A stretch of 64,000 bases of DNA from Raillietiella orientalis (Eukaryota): contig JAYWIR010000001.1 of NCBI GenBank assembly GCA_036172245.1, positions 8,680,001 through 8,744,000 of the forward strand, read 5' to 3'. Made by a program: the position numbers and the translations under genes. The notes under the pieces were generated by a model. The model was given only the letters and a program-made list of their open reading frames with translations. It was not told where the DNA came from and made no database searches. Below are positions 40,309 through 53,525 of the stretch, in pieces; within the stretch, counting starts at the first letter, position 1; every line of letters starts with the position of its first letter.

Positions 40309-43300
40309 GCATGAGAGATCCCTTCGGAAGGAGAGGAGTGCGCATACCCTCCGCAGGGGTTGCTCGGTATGAAAGGACCCTTCGGTCATCGCTTCTGGAC
40401 GGAGACACGATCGTCGAGAGGCATGACGAGCCGACAACAGGAGAACTAGACGAGGCGAGTAGGAGCCGATTATCTCCAGTCGATTCCCGGAACTGGTTCG
40501 AAACTGCTCCCGGATCTGGTGCTTCAGGGCGACGCAAAGTCTCGAGGCGAACCTCCGGACGAAGCACTGAGGAGAGGGGAAGACGAAGGAGGCTAGGTGC
40601 AGCCGCAGAGGACGGACTCCCCTCTTCGCCGGCAGAAAGGGTCCGCCCAAGCGGGGCGACGTTTGCTGACGGGGAAGAAGTCTCAAGGAACCGGGAACCA
40701 CGGAGGATTGATAAGGAACTGTGCAATGCATGCCGGGAGGATCGGCTAACAACACTGCACGGGCGGCTGACGGCGGCCACCGTGCACAGACCCTCGTGAG
40801 ACCGCAGACTCGAGTGGAAGGCAGCCCGGGGGTGGGGATGGTGGCTCCTGGTACATCATCCGGAAGGCAGTAGCACGGATGAGTCCTCCGCTGTTCGCCT
40901 CTGCCTTTTTTTATTTTGCCTCTTCTGTGCATCGCTGCTGCGCATCGGTCTCGGTCCTTCGCGCTTTGTCAAAAGCACCTTTGGTTCCGGCGCATGGGCC
41001 TTATGGCATCCAGCTTCCAGCAGCAGGTGGCGATCGAGGACTCCAGGAGGCGTCGTCCATGGACACGCAGAACCGGAAGTTCAGTTGCGAACGGAACCCT
41101 GCCACGAGCGCCTCCGCGGACGGAGACACCCTGGCATCCCACTGCCGCCTTCTTCCCCCGGAACACGCGAACATGACACGGCGTGCCTGCACTTCGCCGC
41201 CATCCCGATGAGCGCGGGAATGGTTAAGGACGCCCCCTCTTGGGCCTCCTGTGGATCATGCAGCTCCTCGGGAGCGACTGACTCCCAGGTCGGCTCGAAT
41301 GGTGCCCTTCGCCTGCCCCTCGGGCGGCAGCGACCTCCGGCGCCACCAAGAACGCGTCGAGCCAAACGGACGCACTCCCCTCCACTTCAGCGGCCGCAGA
41401 GATCCCCGCTGCGGACCGCTTCGTGGCCCTTGGATACGGTGGGCCGCTTTCCCGGAAGTCCGCTCGCACCGGCGCGGCTCGCGATTTCTGGATGACCCTC
41501 GGCAGCGAGGTTGCCGAGCCGACAGACGAGGAGCGCGGTTCCAGTGCCTCAGGCGGCCGGCCGTTGATGTATTCCAAGTAACGGACTCGGAGAAGCAGGC
41601 TTTGCTCGTGCTTCCGGACTGAAAGTCTCCCTTCCTCTCCCCGAAAGGGATGGAGGAGGGCGGGACTAGTTCGCTCCTTCTTTTCCCCGCCGCGGCTGTT
41701 TTCTCGAGCTGCCGTGATCTGCAGCATCCATTCGCTAGTGGAGCTCACCCGTCGTCAAGAAATCTTCGGTGCCCGATTTCTCCCATTCCGCAGCCTTCCC
41801 ACTTATCATTCGGAGGTTGCACCCTTGCTCTGAAAACAATCAGGGGCGGCAGACGAACTTTATCAGAGGCGTTGGCATGCCAGAGGGAGAGGCTGCAAGA
41901 CGGGTGGAAGATGGAAGAACAGGGGACACTTCACGTTTCACGTGGGAAGAAGTCCCTTGAACCCGCGCGTTGATCCTCTTCCGGCTGACGTTTGCCGTCC
42001 GTACACGGTGGTGTACGGCGGATGCCGTGGCATGGCGGGCACACGAAGCCACGAATCCCCGTGGTTCCGGAAACCGAGAAGGGGGAGGAGTAAAAGGAGA
42101 AGGAGGAGGAAGGAGGGAGGAAAGGAGGGGCAGGAGCTCACTGAGAGACCGAAAGAAGTATGCGATCACGGGTTCTCCATCCTCATTCCTCGTGTGGAAT
42201 GGGGGCGGAGCTGCTGGAACGCCCTTCAGCAGCCAATTCGAAGGAGCAGAGCTCATGCAGGGAGTGGAGCGACCGTCTCTTCCGCTTGACCTCACTCTGG
42301 CTCGGCCAGGCTGGTCTGGTGAAGAGGATCGTGAAGGCGGGATACGGAGTCTGGGACACGACGCGGCCTCCTGCCTTCAGTCAGAGCTGCGGGGGACACC
42401 GCCGTTCTCTGTACCCACAGGCACGACGCGTTTGGAGACGGGGGAGAGAGCAGGGGGAAGAAGAGCCAGGTGGAAACCAAGAGAAGGGGAAGGGGGGGGC
42501 GGGGGGAACTCACACGTGGGCGGCGGTGACCAAAGACCCGGCATCTTCGCCTGCGGGCAAGCGTCCTCCTGCGGACGCAGGATCAGCCTCTTCCTCCTCC
42601 TCCTTCCCCTGGGACATTTGAAAATGCCGCCAGACTCGACAGCTGGCGAAGCCTCTGCCCATCGGGAAAGTCGCACGCGCGTGCTGGAGGGAAGGGGGGG
42701 GGGGAAGCGTTCACTAGAAAACCGAGGTCCGCGCTCTCTTCGGGATGCTCAGCAGGGAGGGCGGCTAGGGGAGCCAGGAGGGAGCGCGCCTTTTCCTCGG
42801 TTCTCGTCTCGTTTATTCATGGCAATGACGTCGGGACGTTCTCCGAGCAGCGGTGGCTCATCTGTCTCTCTCCGACCTGCGCGTGCCCTTGCGCCTGAAT
42901 CTCCGCTCCAGCGCGCAGCTTTCCAGAGGACGCGTCCGTCCTTCGGAACCCTGCGAGGAGGAAGAAGGACGACTCCATCTAGCAGCAGCGTCCGAGACAA
43001 TTTTGATTGACCCTTGCGTGCCGAGCAATCGACGGTGCATACAGAACGGTCGTCACCTTCCCCGTGATATCAGTGACTCTTCATGCGTCCTTAGCGGTTG
43101 CCGCAGCAGCGTGCCAGGAACCCTACAAGAAGTGGAAATCCCTTCAGCGTGGTGAGCGGAGATCTTCTCGAGACGACCACCCATGGGGGGAGACTTCCGA
43201 CAAGCCCTGCATCGCAGAGCGACGCCCATATTACAGATCGTCTCGTATCCATGGCGATCCGTGCGTTCAGATCAGCGGCACGCGACGCAAATTTTCGTTG

Positions 43301-43914
43301 GCACGCGACAAATTCTGCAGCGACTTTTCATTCTATCAGGCGTTTTTTTTTTCGTGTGTGTGATGGACTTTGTCCTTACTCACTTTCGAGGTTCCGCGAA
43401 AGAATCTCTTCCTCCCTAACGATCCTATCTCCCGAGACGACTTTCACGCGGGTCGCGTTCGATTTGGGAGAAATGGATTGGCCGCCAAAGATGCCGGAGC
43501 GCTTCTTCCCACCGTCTTTGCAGGCGGAAGGTTCGCGTTTCCGACCGAACCCTCTGCGGAAGCGGAGCAGCAAAAACCGAACGCCCAATCGCCTTCGGGC
43601 ACATGCAGCCATGACGCACGAAGGAAGCCGCTCACCCTTTCGAGCCCATCCCTCCCATGCAGGGGCTCATGGCAGCCGCCGCTCGCGCGGCATGCAACTC
43701 CGCCATGATTTGGTTGCCTCTCTCTTTCATGTCTCATCTCGAAAACGAAAGGCGCGGAATTAGGGGGGGAGAGGAGGGGTGCAAGAGACACACATGGGGA
43801 GCGTATACACTGGGCCACGCTGCACGCGGAAGAATCACCATTCCCACCACCGTTACGTGAGATGGATTTGCCCTCAGCCAAGTAGGACGGGCACCCTCGG
43901 GAAAGGAAACAGGG

Positions 43915-44470
43915 ATCCTTCTGGAATGCTGTCCGCGCCACGGGGAGGGTGCGTGTCAGAGGGGTAACCCTAGGAGGAGACCACCCTATGAATCCAGGGA
44001 AGCTCCGGAGGGAGTCCGTTCCTCTTACGCTTGGGAGGGAACCACCTCTCTTGTTCTCTCCGAAGGGAACCCGCAGGGGGACCTCTTTTCGTTTCCTCCT
44101 CCTCCGAAGAAAACCCCGAAGGGACGCTTCCCAATGTCTCTGAAGGATGCTCCCCGAAGGTAGTAGCTCTCTTCTGACACTTCGGGGAGACTTCTGATCC
44201 CCCGAGGGGGATATCAGTCAGTTCTATGGTGCGCGGCTCCGTTTTCACCGGAGGGGAGTCCGAAGGGTCCCTTGGTTCCTGGAAGGACGCCAGATGGTCG
44301 ACTTCCAGTCCCGGTCAGTCCGACTTCAACGGGTGCCGCCGCACTCGAAGCCAACCGGAACCAACCAGGGCCACAACATACACCCCGTTCTCGACGCCGA
44401 TCCTTTCCCCCCAGGCGGGATTCGAACCTGTGACACCTGGTGCCTCCGCGCGACTGCCAACGCGGGCAGG
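43915..44470 (-). mobile_element. Candidate tRNA-derived SINE, copy 3 (with Pol III head)
   Basis: Perfect B box GGTTCGAATCC (44428-44418), preceded by an A-box-like TGGCAGTCGCGCGG. Body homologous to 21150-21710. Confidence 0.55.
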
Positions 44471-47400
44471 ATTTGTCCCGAGTTAAAAAGAACGGGCACG
44501 CAGGGATTCTTCTGGAATGCCGGGTGAGCAGACCTTCGACTCAGCAGTTTGGAGGTATTGAAAGGGGAGAGAAACTGGATGGCAGTTTTCGAAAAGAACT
44601 TCTTAGCAGCACCTGCCAGCACTCCTGAAAAAAAGAGTGGAAGATGGCTTGAACGGAAGTGCCGTTGGAGTGCGCACTCCTGCAGCCGTTGCCACCTCAC
44701 AGTGTCCATCTGCGAAGACACTTTTTGATTCCTTTAGCTGGGCACCCTGATCTTTTCAACCAATCCGAAGTCGCTGCGAAGTTTTCGCGACCGGCCACTG
44801 GAAAAGTGACGTGCCGTCCGGGGAGCCGACGGTGGAGCTCCTTAGTCAAAGCTTTTGCCTTCGCATTGACATACATTTGACATCGCTTTTATTCTCGGCT
44901 GCATGCCGCAATCTTTTTTTTTTTTCTTTTTCTAATGGCCTGTCTGTTGCTGGGACCCTTGTGATGCACTCAACTTGTAAACGCATGCACGCAGACAGCA
45001 TCAGCACCGCTTCGGAGACCTAAACTGTGGCAAGTTACCTCCAAATCAAAGAGATGAGTTCGCTCGGTGACTTTGGATCTATAGAGTTTAGAGGAATCAG
45101 TTGACTCTTTTCATCGGACCGGCGGCGGGGCACTTGGAGATGTTCAGATCTGAAGACGAAAGTTGCGAGGAGCCTTCGGCTCGACGATGGGAGTCGTCTC
45201 GCTCCTTCTTGCCGTTCCCCATCCCACAGCACGGTTCATGTCGTTCGATTTGTGCTCTGAGGGACGGAATCAGCCTCCGAGGTGATACAGGAATACGCGT
45301 TACCCAGCCGCTCCGGAGGCTTCACTGCTGCTGGTTACGCAGCTCTTCTGAAAGGGCTGCATGAAAGCTTTGTCTGTTGGTATCGAGACCGGTTCAACTT
45401 CCTAACCATAATGATCACTTCATGATTGCATTCGTAAGTATACACACGAAAATCCAAGAACATATGATGAACCAGTCATTTTCACGAGTGACCTGATGGT
45501 CATCCCGTCTAGGACGTTCATTTCGGCCTCATTGCCAACCACAGGGGATTAAGACCGGAGTAGGTCCAGAGAAACATCTACAATTCGTCACCTTATTCTT
45601 TCTCTCTCTCTCTCTCCTTTTTTTTTCTTTCTTCCCACGAATACCCGATCGGCCAGCTGAGTCTCCACATTTACAGCTCACAAAAGTGTTTATCCAAATT
45701 TCGGATTGGTTCTCTTTCTCAGTTTCTTCATTTTACTTGTTTATTGATGGCGGAGGTTAGGAACGGAGCCCTCCAATTAAGACTTCAAACATTTGCCCAG
45801 CCTGTCCACGAGATGACTCCACCGCGATCATTTGGCGCCCGTATCAGTGGTGTAAAAAAAAAAAAAACTCTCTGAGAAACGAATGATTTACCCCTCGTTT
45901 CTTGCAATCTGTTTCCATGTAAACAGCTCAACTGAATGTTCACGGAAACGCAGGGTTTCATCTAATGCCGCAGGAACGGTTACGAGGGTTAACTTCCGTA
46001 CTCCGAGGGAACTCGTGGAATACGTATCCTAGACTAGCAGCTGGACCGCATCCTTTCTGACGCATTCCAAGCCCCCAGGGAAACACGAGGGTTTTTTGAT
46101 CTGGATTGGATACCGTGTCTTGTTTGGTATTGTCCTCCCATCTCGGATCCCCTGGTCCTCCATCTTTTCTCGTTTTTTTGGTGCAGATTCGGAATGGTGG
46201 CATTGTGCTTGCGAATGTCTCTTCCCCTTGCACACACGGAAAAATATGACTTGCTTGTGTGTGTTTTTCCCTTCTGAGCAAAATCAACTCCCCTCATTCT
46301 ATTTCCATCGACGCGAAATTCAAGATCTCTATGGGACCGTTTTTATTCTCATAAGCACGTGAACCATAAACTCCGCCTATGCTCCTGTTTCCTTCATTCT
46401 GGTTGAGGAACTTGGCATCGTCCGACTCGATCCATCATCATCATCGTGGCCATCGTTCTCGCAGACAGTCGCACCTGAGCCATTCTGACTAAAACGATTA
46501 GGTTCATGCCGACGATTTTATTCCAATGCAGCTTTCCCCACTTCATACGCAGTGTGGAGGTACGCGCTCGTCACAGTCGATGTTTCCAATCTTTTCACAT
46601 GCTGCTGGATGGCGGACGTCCACTTTTTCTTTCCATGTCATGTTTTCGGTGGCTTCTGCTACGGTCAGACTTCTTCGCCCATTCTCTATCGGTGCAAATG
46701 AGAGACTGTGTTCTGGAATCTGGTTTCATTCTGGAATCTCCTGCACATTATATCCACTTTTCAAGCACCGTTGCGTTTTTTATTGGCATGTGTGAATTAT
46801 TTACTTTTAACTTGCTGTGTTCGTTCTTTTCATCTCATGCTTCTGAGTGTTGTGCATCAATCATTACCCGTGTTCGTTCTTCATTCTGTAACAAGATCAA
46901 AAGATTTAGCGTCACTGAAACGGGTTAGAAAAGTCAACAAATTCGAACTCCAGAATTATTGGGGAAGGGAAGGGAAGGGGGGGGGGAGGAGGTTTGCTGC
47001 ATTTCCTGTTACATCAGATTGCTGGTGCACAATTTAGGTCATCACAGAAAACACGGGTAATTCGTGGCAAAGGTAAACCATGTGAAGCCAATTTGCTCAC
47101 ATAGGCAAGACATACGTCTTCTAGCTCAGGTTCCTATTAGATGTGGAGTTTCCATCTGTCAACGGAAATTCCATAAATGCATCGAAAGCGATCACGTTGT
47201 TGTCTTTGGTGGGTGCATGCATCGTACCCGCAAAACGCAAGCGTACAAAAAGGCTAGCGCGGTCACCTTCTGATCAGCAACGCTCTCCCTGAATCCCCCT
47301 TCCCTCAGTCGAAAATCAGCAACAGAAGGAAAAACCGTCCCTAATTCCTTGAACGCCTATAAGGATCTTGAAAACTTGTGGCTTGTCAGAACATTCGTCT

Positions 47401-48408
47401 TCTTGCTCGGAATGCCCAGGATGAAATTTTCTCGCACTCTCGTTTCCCTCAAATCCTGAAGATGAATTCCTAAGTACAGATTAGAATGGAAAATTTCCCA
47501 ACCGTCGCCATGTCACTAGTTTTATGCAGTAATTCCTAGAAAAGTTTGCAATAAATCGAACAAATAAAGTCAACCCATTAATGTATTACCGATTACTTGG
47601 GTTGCCCTAACAACCGATAACGGTGGTTGCCAAGACGACATGGAGCTACTCAAAACCAACTTTAAAGCTATAACTACTCTGCTACTTTAATTTCTTTTAT
47701 TTCTTAAAAGACACAAGAGTATGCTTTCGTGACTGCTTTCCTCCTCTCCAATCCTTTCCCTTTGTTTTCCTTATCTGCCCATTCGTAAATCATAGGTTTT
47801 ACTACCTCATCGATTGTAAAAACTTCCCGATAAGAGAATCGTAAAACTGCCGTCACTTTGTGTACAGATAAAGTATAGTGAATGTGGATCGATTGGTTGC
47901 CACTGTATCTCCATGCATATTTGTAGCCGTGCTCCTTTAGCAAATTATCTACTGCTGGTACAGCAATCTTCACCGATCCACCGAGCAAATCCCCGAAGAC
48001 ATCGTTAGAAACCGTAGATTCCCTTCTAAAATTGCCCTCGCTCTCCGGAAAATCCAGGAGAAAGAAATTCCCCTCTCGTGTGAGCGCAAATGTTCCGTTC
48101 CGTAGGCGAGAGATCCGAATGACGAGAGAGAAAGGACTCGCAGGTGTCGAAATAGGTTCCCGAAAGAGGACCGAAGATTCCCTACCCCTTTCTTTTACTA
48201 CTCCGCTGGAACTGCACATTCACTTCCCGAGTTCTCAAGGGAAATCCTGTTTTCAGAGGAAAAACAACAGACGTCTCGGAATATAGTAGAAAGCAACGAG
48301 ATCCGGTCTCACCACAGCATCCGGTGCTCATCTTCACTTTTCGATCATCCGGTCCCTCTCCTCTCCTTTCGGAGGACAGGGGAAAAGCAAAAAAAAAAAA
48401 AAAAAACC

Positions 48409-48765
48409 TCAGAATGGCTTGGAATCACTTTCTTCTATCAAAGAGATCCATCTTCTCATCATGTAAAGAATTCCCCATACGGGAACGAAACACAAACTCA
48501 GGTGGAATCCAGAATGTGGTCTAGTGCATAGCAAAAGCACGAAAAACACATGGAGGTAAGGGAGAAATCCGATGGCCAGCCAAGTAGGAATCGGGATGTC
48601 ATGAATCCAGAACGAGATACGTGCGAAAAATGGGGTGGATGATTCGTTGTCCGAAATGACAAGGTGATTTCGAGAAAGAATTTGGAGGGCATAAGGCACC
48701 AGGACCAAAGGGAAACACAGATGAGTCAGCAAGGCGAACCACGCCATGCGCTGCCTGAAATTCAT
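48409..48765 (-). CDS. TMEM251: Lysosomal enzyme trafficking factor LYSET/TMEM251 homolog, single coding exon, 118 aa
   Basis: Begins MNFRQRMAW (human MNFRQRMGW). Two main hydrophobic segments. IP.W....LPYLHVFFVLLLCTR compared with human LPFWVW..FLVPYLQMFLFLYSCTR. Confidence 0.88.
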   Translation of the reverse strand: MNFRQRMAWFALLTHLCFPLVLVPYALQILSRNHLVISDNESSTPFFARISFWIHDIPIPTWLAIGFLPYLHVFFVLLLCTRPHSGFHLSLCFVPVWGILYMMRRWISLIEESDSKPF

Positions 48766-50122
48766 TTTCCCTCGGAAAAGGGCATCTCGAAACTCCTCCG
48801 CGAAATCAAGAACGGTCCGTTGGACTACGATAACAAGTCAACTGCCTAGTATGAAAACAACTTGCTGTCCGCAACCAGAGCTGCTGAAAATGTTTGTGCG
48901 AGGTTAGTGCTCATGCGCACGAGACCTCCAGAGGAACAAACCAAGAACGAGCGTTATGAATGACGTTCGGGATTTCAACGAGAGAAAGGAACAGGTAGTA
49001 CCCGGTACGACCAAAAGTCAGATGTGTGGAATCACGTTGTTATAATTAAAAGGAAAGCGTTTCGGAGTGCAAGCAGGGTCGATGGAACGGGCCGAACAAA
49101 TATCAGGTTATGTCTCCAGCATGGGAGGAACCAAGTACATCTACAAGTTTCCATGGTGAGCAAATGGTTCAGCGGTTCCAACACACAAAGCTTCCTTAAG
49201 GATACGTCTTTCCAGGAGTGTGACTTCGGGACGCACATGCACGACTCAAGGTTGATTTTCTACGCTTTAAGACAGTGGATCTTCTAAGGTCTTTACATTG
49301 AAAATGTTTTTCAGAAAAAAAATGGAGACAGCATTTTGTTTTCTGGATTTTTTTTTTCCAGTGAGCCTTTTGAAAATCCTAAAATCATCATTGTTCCGAA
49401 ATAATGTATTTGAATTCTAAAAACCTTGCATTTAACATATTCTGATTTCATCTATAACTCTCCAAAGAAACGCAACTTCCAACCTTTTCCACTCATAGCT
49501 GTGCTTCTCCCAAATTGTCTCTAGATTAATGGAAGCCAGACTTCAGTTACATAAGCAAGGATTAGCTCGAAATTTTTTCTTTCTTTCTTATTTTAACTAA
49601 CACCTTGGGTCACAAGTGCCCTAAAGGAAGCATTTGCATTCTGGCTACTTTTACGTAGTTCGCTGCTTCACATGTAATTCTTATTGCAACGATGAACTGT
49701 ACTTGGAAGAACCTTCAATCACTTTATTCTGGTGTAACATTTTCTCTGTGCCCAATCATGAAACTTCTGATCATTTTCCTATTCAGAACGTCTGATGCCT
49801 GAATCTGTTGTTCAAGCTTCCTCTCCATGGTCACTTGGAGGTTACTTAGGTATATACAATTATTTGACTAACACGCGAAAGTGACAACCAAACTAATCCA
49901 ATTAGTCATTAACATTAGGCATTCATCTTTAAAAGCTAAAGAATCGCCGGTTACGATGTAGTTGAAGCTTGCCACTAGTAATACTTCAACTTTTAAGCAT
50001 GCAGAATGAAGTAGATACAGCGCTTCGAAACCCGCCTGATGCTCTTGAAAGAGAAAATCTGAACGACTGTCATTGAACGTCCTCGTGCGCGTTGGTGTCT
50101 GTCAGCGCTAAACGCAGAGATT

Positions 50123-51207
50123 TCTCACCGGGTCACGCCGGGGCGTTTATTCCATATAAGATTATACAAAATAAACCAGTTGGGAACCAAGTTCCCAACA
50201 GACGACTCGACAAAGATCAAGAGAATTTTCCCTGCCACGCAGACCGGAATAGCAGTTCGGAACGGTGTTAGGGATCGCTAAAACAAACAAAAAAAACAAA
50301 AGTAAAACATAACGTTGGGTGGGACGGGACAAGAGTCTTTGGGATCGCTCCGGAAGGCACCGGGATACAAACATTAGCACCGAGAATTCAACGGAGCGAA
50401 CGGGGTTGGGACATGGGTGGGCGAGAGGTCACAGGGGTCACCGGAATACACCGTTCTTAAACGTCTGAGTACTGGCAATGGATGCCGGCGATATTCTCCT
50501 TCACTTCGTCATGAAGGTGAAACCACCTTGCAGCCTTCTCCATGGATTCAGCTGCAAGCAGGTGGGTTTCCCTTCGCTGCGCCGACAACTCCAGGGCGTA
50601 GCGGGCCTTGATGATGGCGAGAATGCAACACATGGTTGCGACGATCACGCCTACCGAAAGTCCGTTCATACTGAAGAAGCGTCGCAGCACGTCCACTGCA
50701 GTGCCTCCCTGCGGCATGGTGGCAGAAATCAGCCTCCTCCACAGTTCACGGAGATCACCGCAGCCCAGCAAGCGGTGCGGAAAAGACTCGATCTCTCCGC
50801 ATCTCGAACAGTTTGGCGAGACAGCTCCCTCGGAAACGATGTTTCGCCGCTGATTACAATGGAAACCCCAGTGTAAAAACAGCAGCACATCTTGTTTCCA
50901 CTTTAACGGGAACACGGAGCTGTCTAAACAAACGGGGGAACCATCTCTTCGGGGGGCACACTTAAATGTTCGCTCCACAGAAGCAGGTCCTTCGCCCGAT
51001 TCCGAGGAGTGGCGGATTCCAGCAGCTCCTTTGTCGTCCAGCCTCCGAGGAGCTTAGACACTCCTGCAATTGTGCAGGACAACTCCCATTCCGCCGGTTG
51101 GCAACTGTCATTGTTTGCCCTGAGGGCAGACAGCGCTGCGGCGAGGGGTGTGGTGGCGCTAAACGCCGAGATCGAAGAAACTGAGATGGAATGCTGCTCG
51201 AGGCAGT
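50123..51207 (-). mobile_element. 5'-truncated L1/Tx1 element, subfamily gamma, solitary copy
   Basis: ORF 50457-50978: FPLKWKQDVLLFLHWG...CSRCGEIESFPHRLLGCGDLRELW. Terminus AATAAACGCCCCGGCGTGACCCGGTGAGAA. Possible TSD GCA(G/A)AGATT at 50114-50122 and 51208-51216. Confidence 0.8.
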
Positions 51208-53525
51208 GCAAAGATTACCGTGTCGAAAAAAGAAACATGGCATACCCCAGTATGAAGGACTTTTGATGAGAACACCAGTCTTCTGATTTATATCTTACGA
51301 GTTCCATCTTTCAGAACTGCTGACTATTGCATAAAGGCATAAGCAAGCATTCAAACGAACAAAAAAAGGATTCCACTACTTAGGATGAACTTCCGGAATA
51401 CATCCTTGTGATGAATTCGCGGGTTATCTGCTCTTACAAACACGCATGTTTCACAAGTGAAAATGAAGTGAACCGGTGGGCTTTTGTCTCTGCTTCTCTA
51501 AGCAGCATTCGAGCAAAGCACCCCCAAGAAAAGTAAGGGCCTTAAAAGTCCGAAAAGCCATTCATGTCGAAAACAAAGTCGATCGCATTGTTCTACTCTT
51601 TGCACACAACGCCCAAGCTGTCCTCTAAATGACAGCTAAATAACTAACTAAATCATTCCATCTTTTCATGCCTTCGAGATTGAAAGCCGCACCAGGTCAA
51701 ATTCAACACAGTGTTCTGATGAACGAACACTACTTCTGCCTTGTTGGATACGCACAGAAATCGTATCCGCCCAAGACAACTGCATTCCTTGTCTTGAGGA
51801 ATCAAAGCCGCCACCACAAGAAGTGTCATGAAATCACCGAGTTGCGAGAAAATGTAGGCCACGATGTGCCTACTTGAAAGCTGCATGTGCAAAAGTAAAA
51901 AGGCCACTCAAACCCAACATTAACACACCAGATTTCTTGCTTTGGATTTCTATTAAGATGGTTGGGTTCCAGTGTCCTAGATGGGAACCTAGTTACCCAC
52001 CCAAGATGATGCCTTACCACCGAGTCAACGGCAACGAAGTTTCGGAAGGATGAGAGTTTTCGGTATTTTCGATTCCGGCATTCCTCTTTTCTTAAACGTC
52101 TGACCCAAGACGTCACGGAAAAGTCATTCGATGCTTTCAAACTGCTTACGTTTACCTACACAACGAATGGCTGCAGGCAACTTGCGATCAGGAATTAATT
52201 AAAACTCTGTCTCACGTTTATGCTATGCTGCGTTTAAAGCAGGCGGACGCGTTATACTTCCTAATTTTGTTGGCTGCTATTTTCTGATATGATAAAGCGT
52301 CTATCACTGACAAATTCCAAGACTTCTAAGCTTCTAAAAACGAAATGGGGTATGTCCTTCCCTCCAATACAACCACTGGAATAATTACTTTGAAATGCGT
52401 CCTCGCATGTTGCAAAAAACTTGTGCGGAGAACTATCGAAAACAAAATCTTCGTGACAGCCACAAAAGCATGTAATAAGGGCTGCACAACTTTCTGTCCA
52501 CACATCCAAACATAAAACTTAACGGCATGCTCATCAGCAAGAAAACGGACCAAATCAAAAACGGATTCTCAAATCAAACAAATCATGATCTGCTGGATCC
52601 TAAATAGGCAAACATTATGCTAACCACAAGAGAGAGCACAACATCGAATTCATCAGAAATACTGCAAACCTTAAAGCATCATATAATGGAATACAATAAT
52701 GTTTCTAAATCATTTTGCTGACCTCAGAAATTCCCACAACGCAACCTCCCCCCGGAAAAAAAGTAACATAAGAATCAACAGGACACAGAGCACATATAAA
52801 TCTAAAAAAAATTAAAATTATATGAAATTAATAACGAATAAAGAAACGAAATAATGTTGACCGTTAATAGCACAATTCTTCACTTAAATCATTTATTTAT
52901 TTATTTTTTAATAACAAACTTACAACCTTACTTTGCAAATATCTATTTCAAGTATACTTTTTAAATTGGAATTGCTCATTCTGCACGCAATTTCAAAACA
53001 GTAAAAACATTTCAAGATGCTACGAAAATTAGTAGAAATTTCCTGTGAAATCATGGAAGTCATCCCTAATAGCTACTTATTAAGAAGAATTCCGAAACAA
53101 ACAAAGCAAATCTTCTCAGGTTACATAAGGCATAAAACATCAAACTTGATCAATAGAAAATCACAAAAATTCCACAGCCAAAGTTCGAAAAACAAGCAGG
53201 GATGTGCAGGAGAGTTGCAACATTTATGTAACATTTTTACTCATGACTGTTTTTGATGCTGTTTTACCCACAAATGTGTAAAAAATTCAAGTGATAACAC
53301 AAAAACAAGCAATCGCAGCACTATTTTCTGCTGTAGCAAATAAAGACAATACTCAAATCCTGTCATGCTGTAAATTCGTAATTAATCAATTGCATTTGTT
53401 TTGTACACAAAACCAAGAAAGAAAGTAGTTACTCAGTCACTATTTTTTGAGATGTTGTCTGAATGATGTGACCAGTTATCCCAACCCCATTGAAAACATC
53501 AAAATTTGTTGAGAAATTTAGTTTA

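Noticed and set aside
47704-48219. 171-aa ORF downstream of LYSET
   Set aside because: No recognisable motif. Could be UTR or intergenic sequence.
51826-52140. VGTSWPTF resembling the MsrB GWPSF motif
   Set aside because: Surrounding MsrB motifs are absent.
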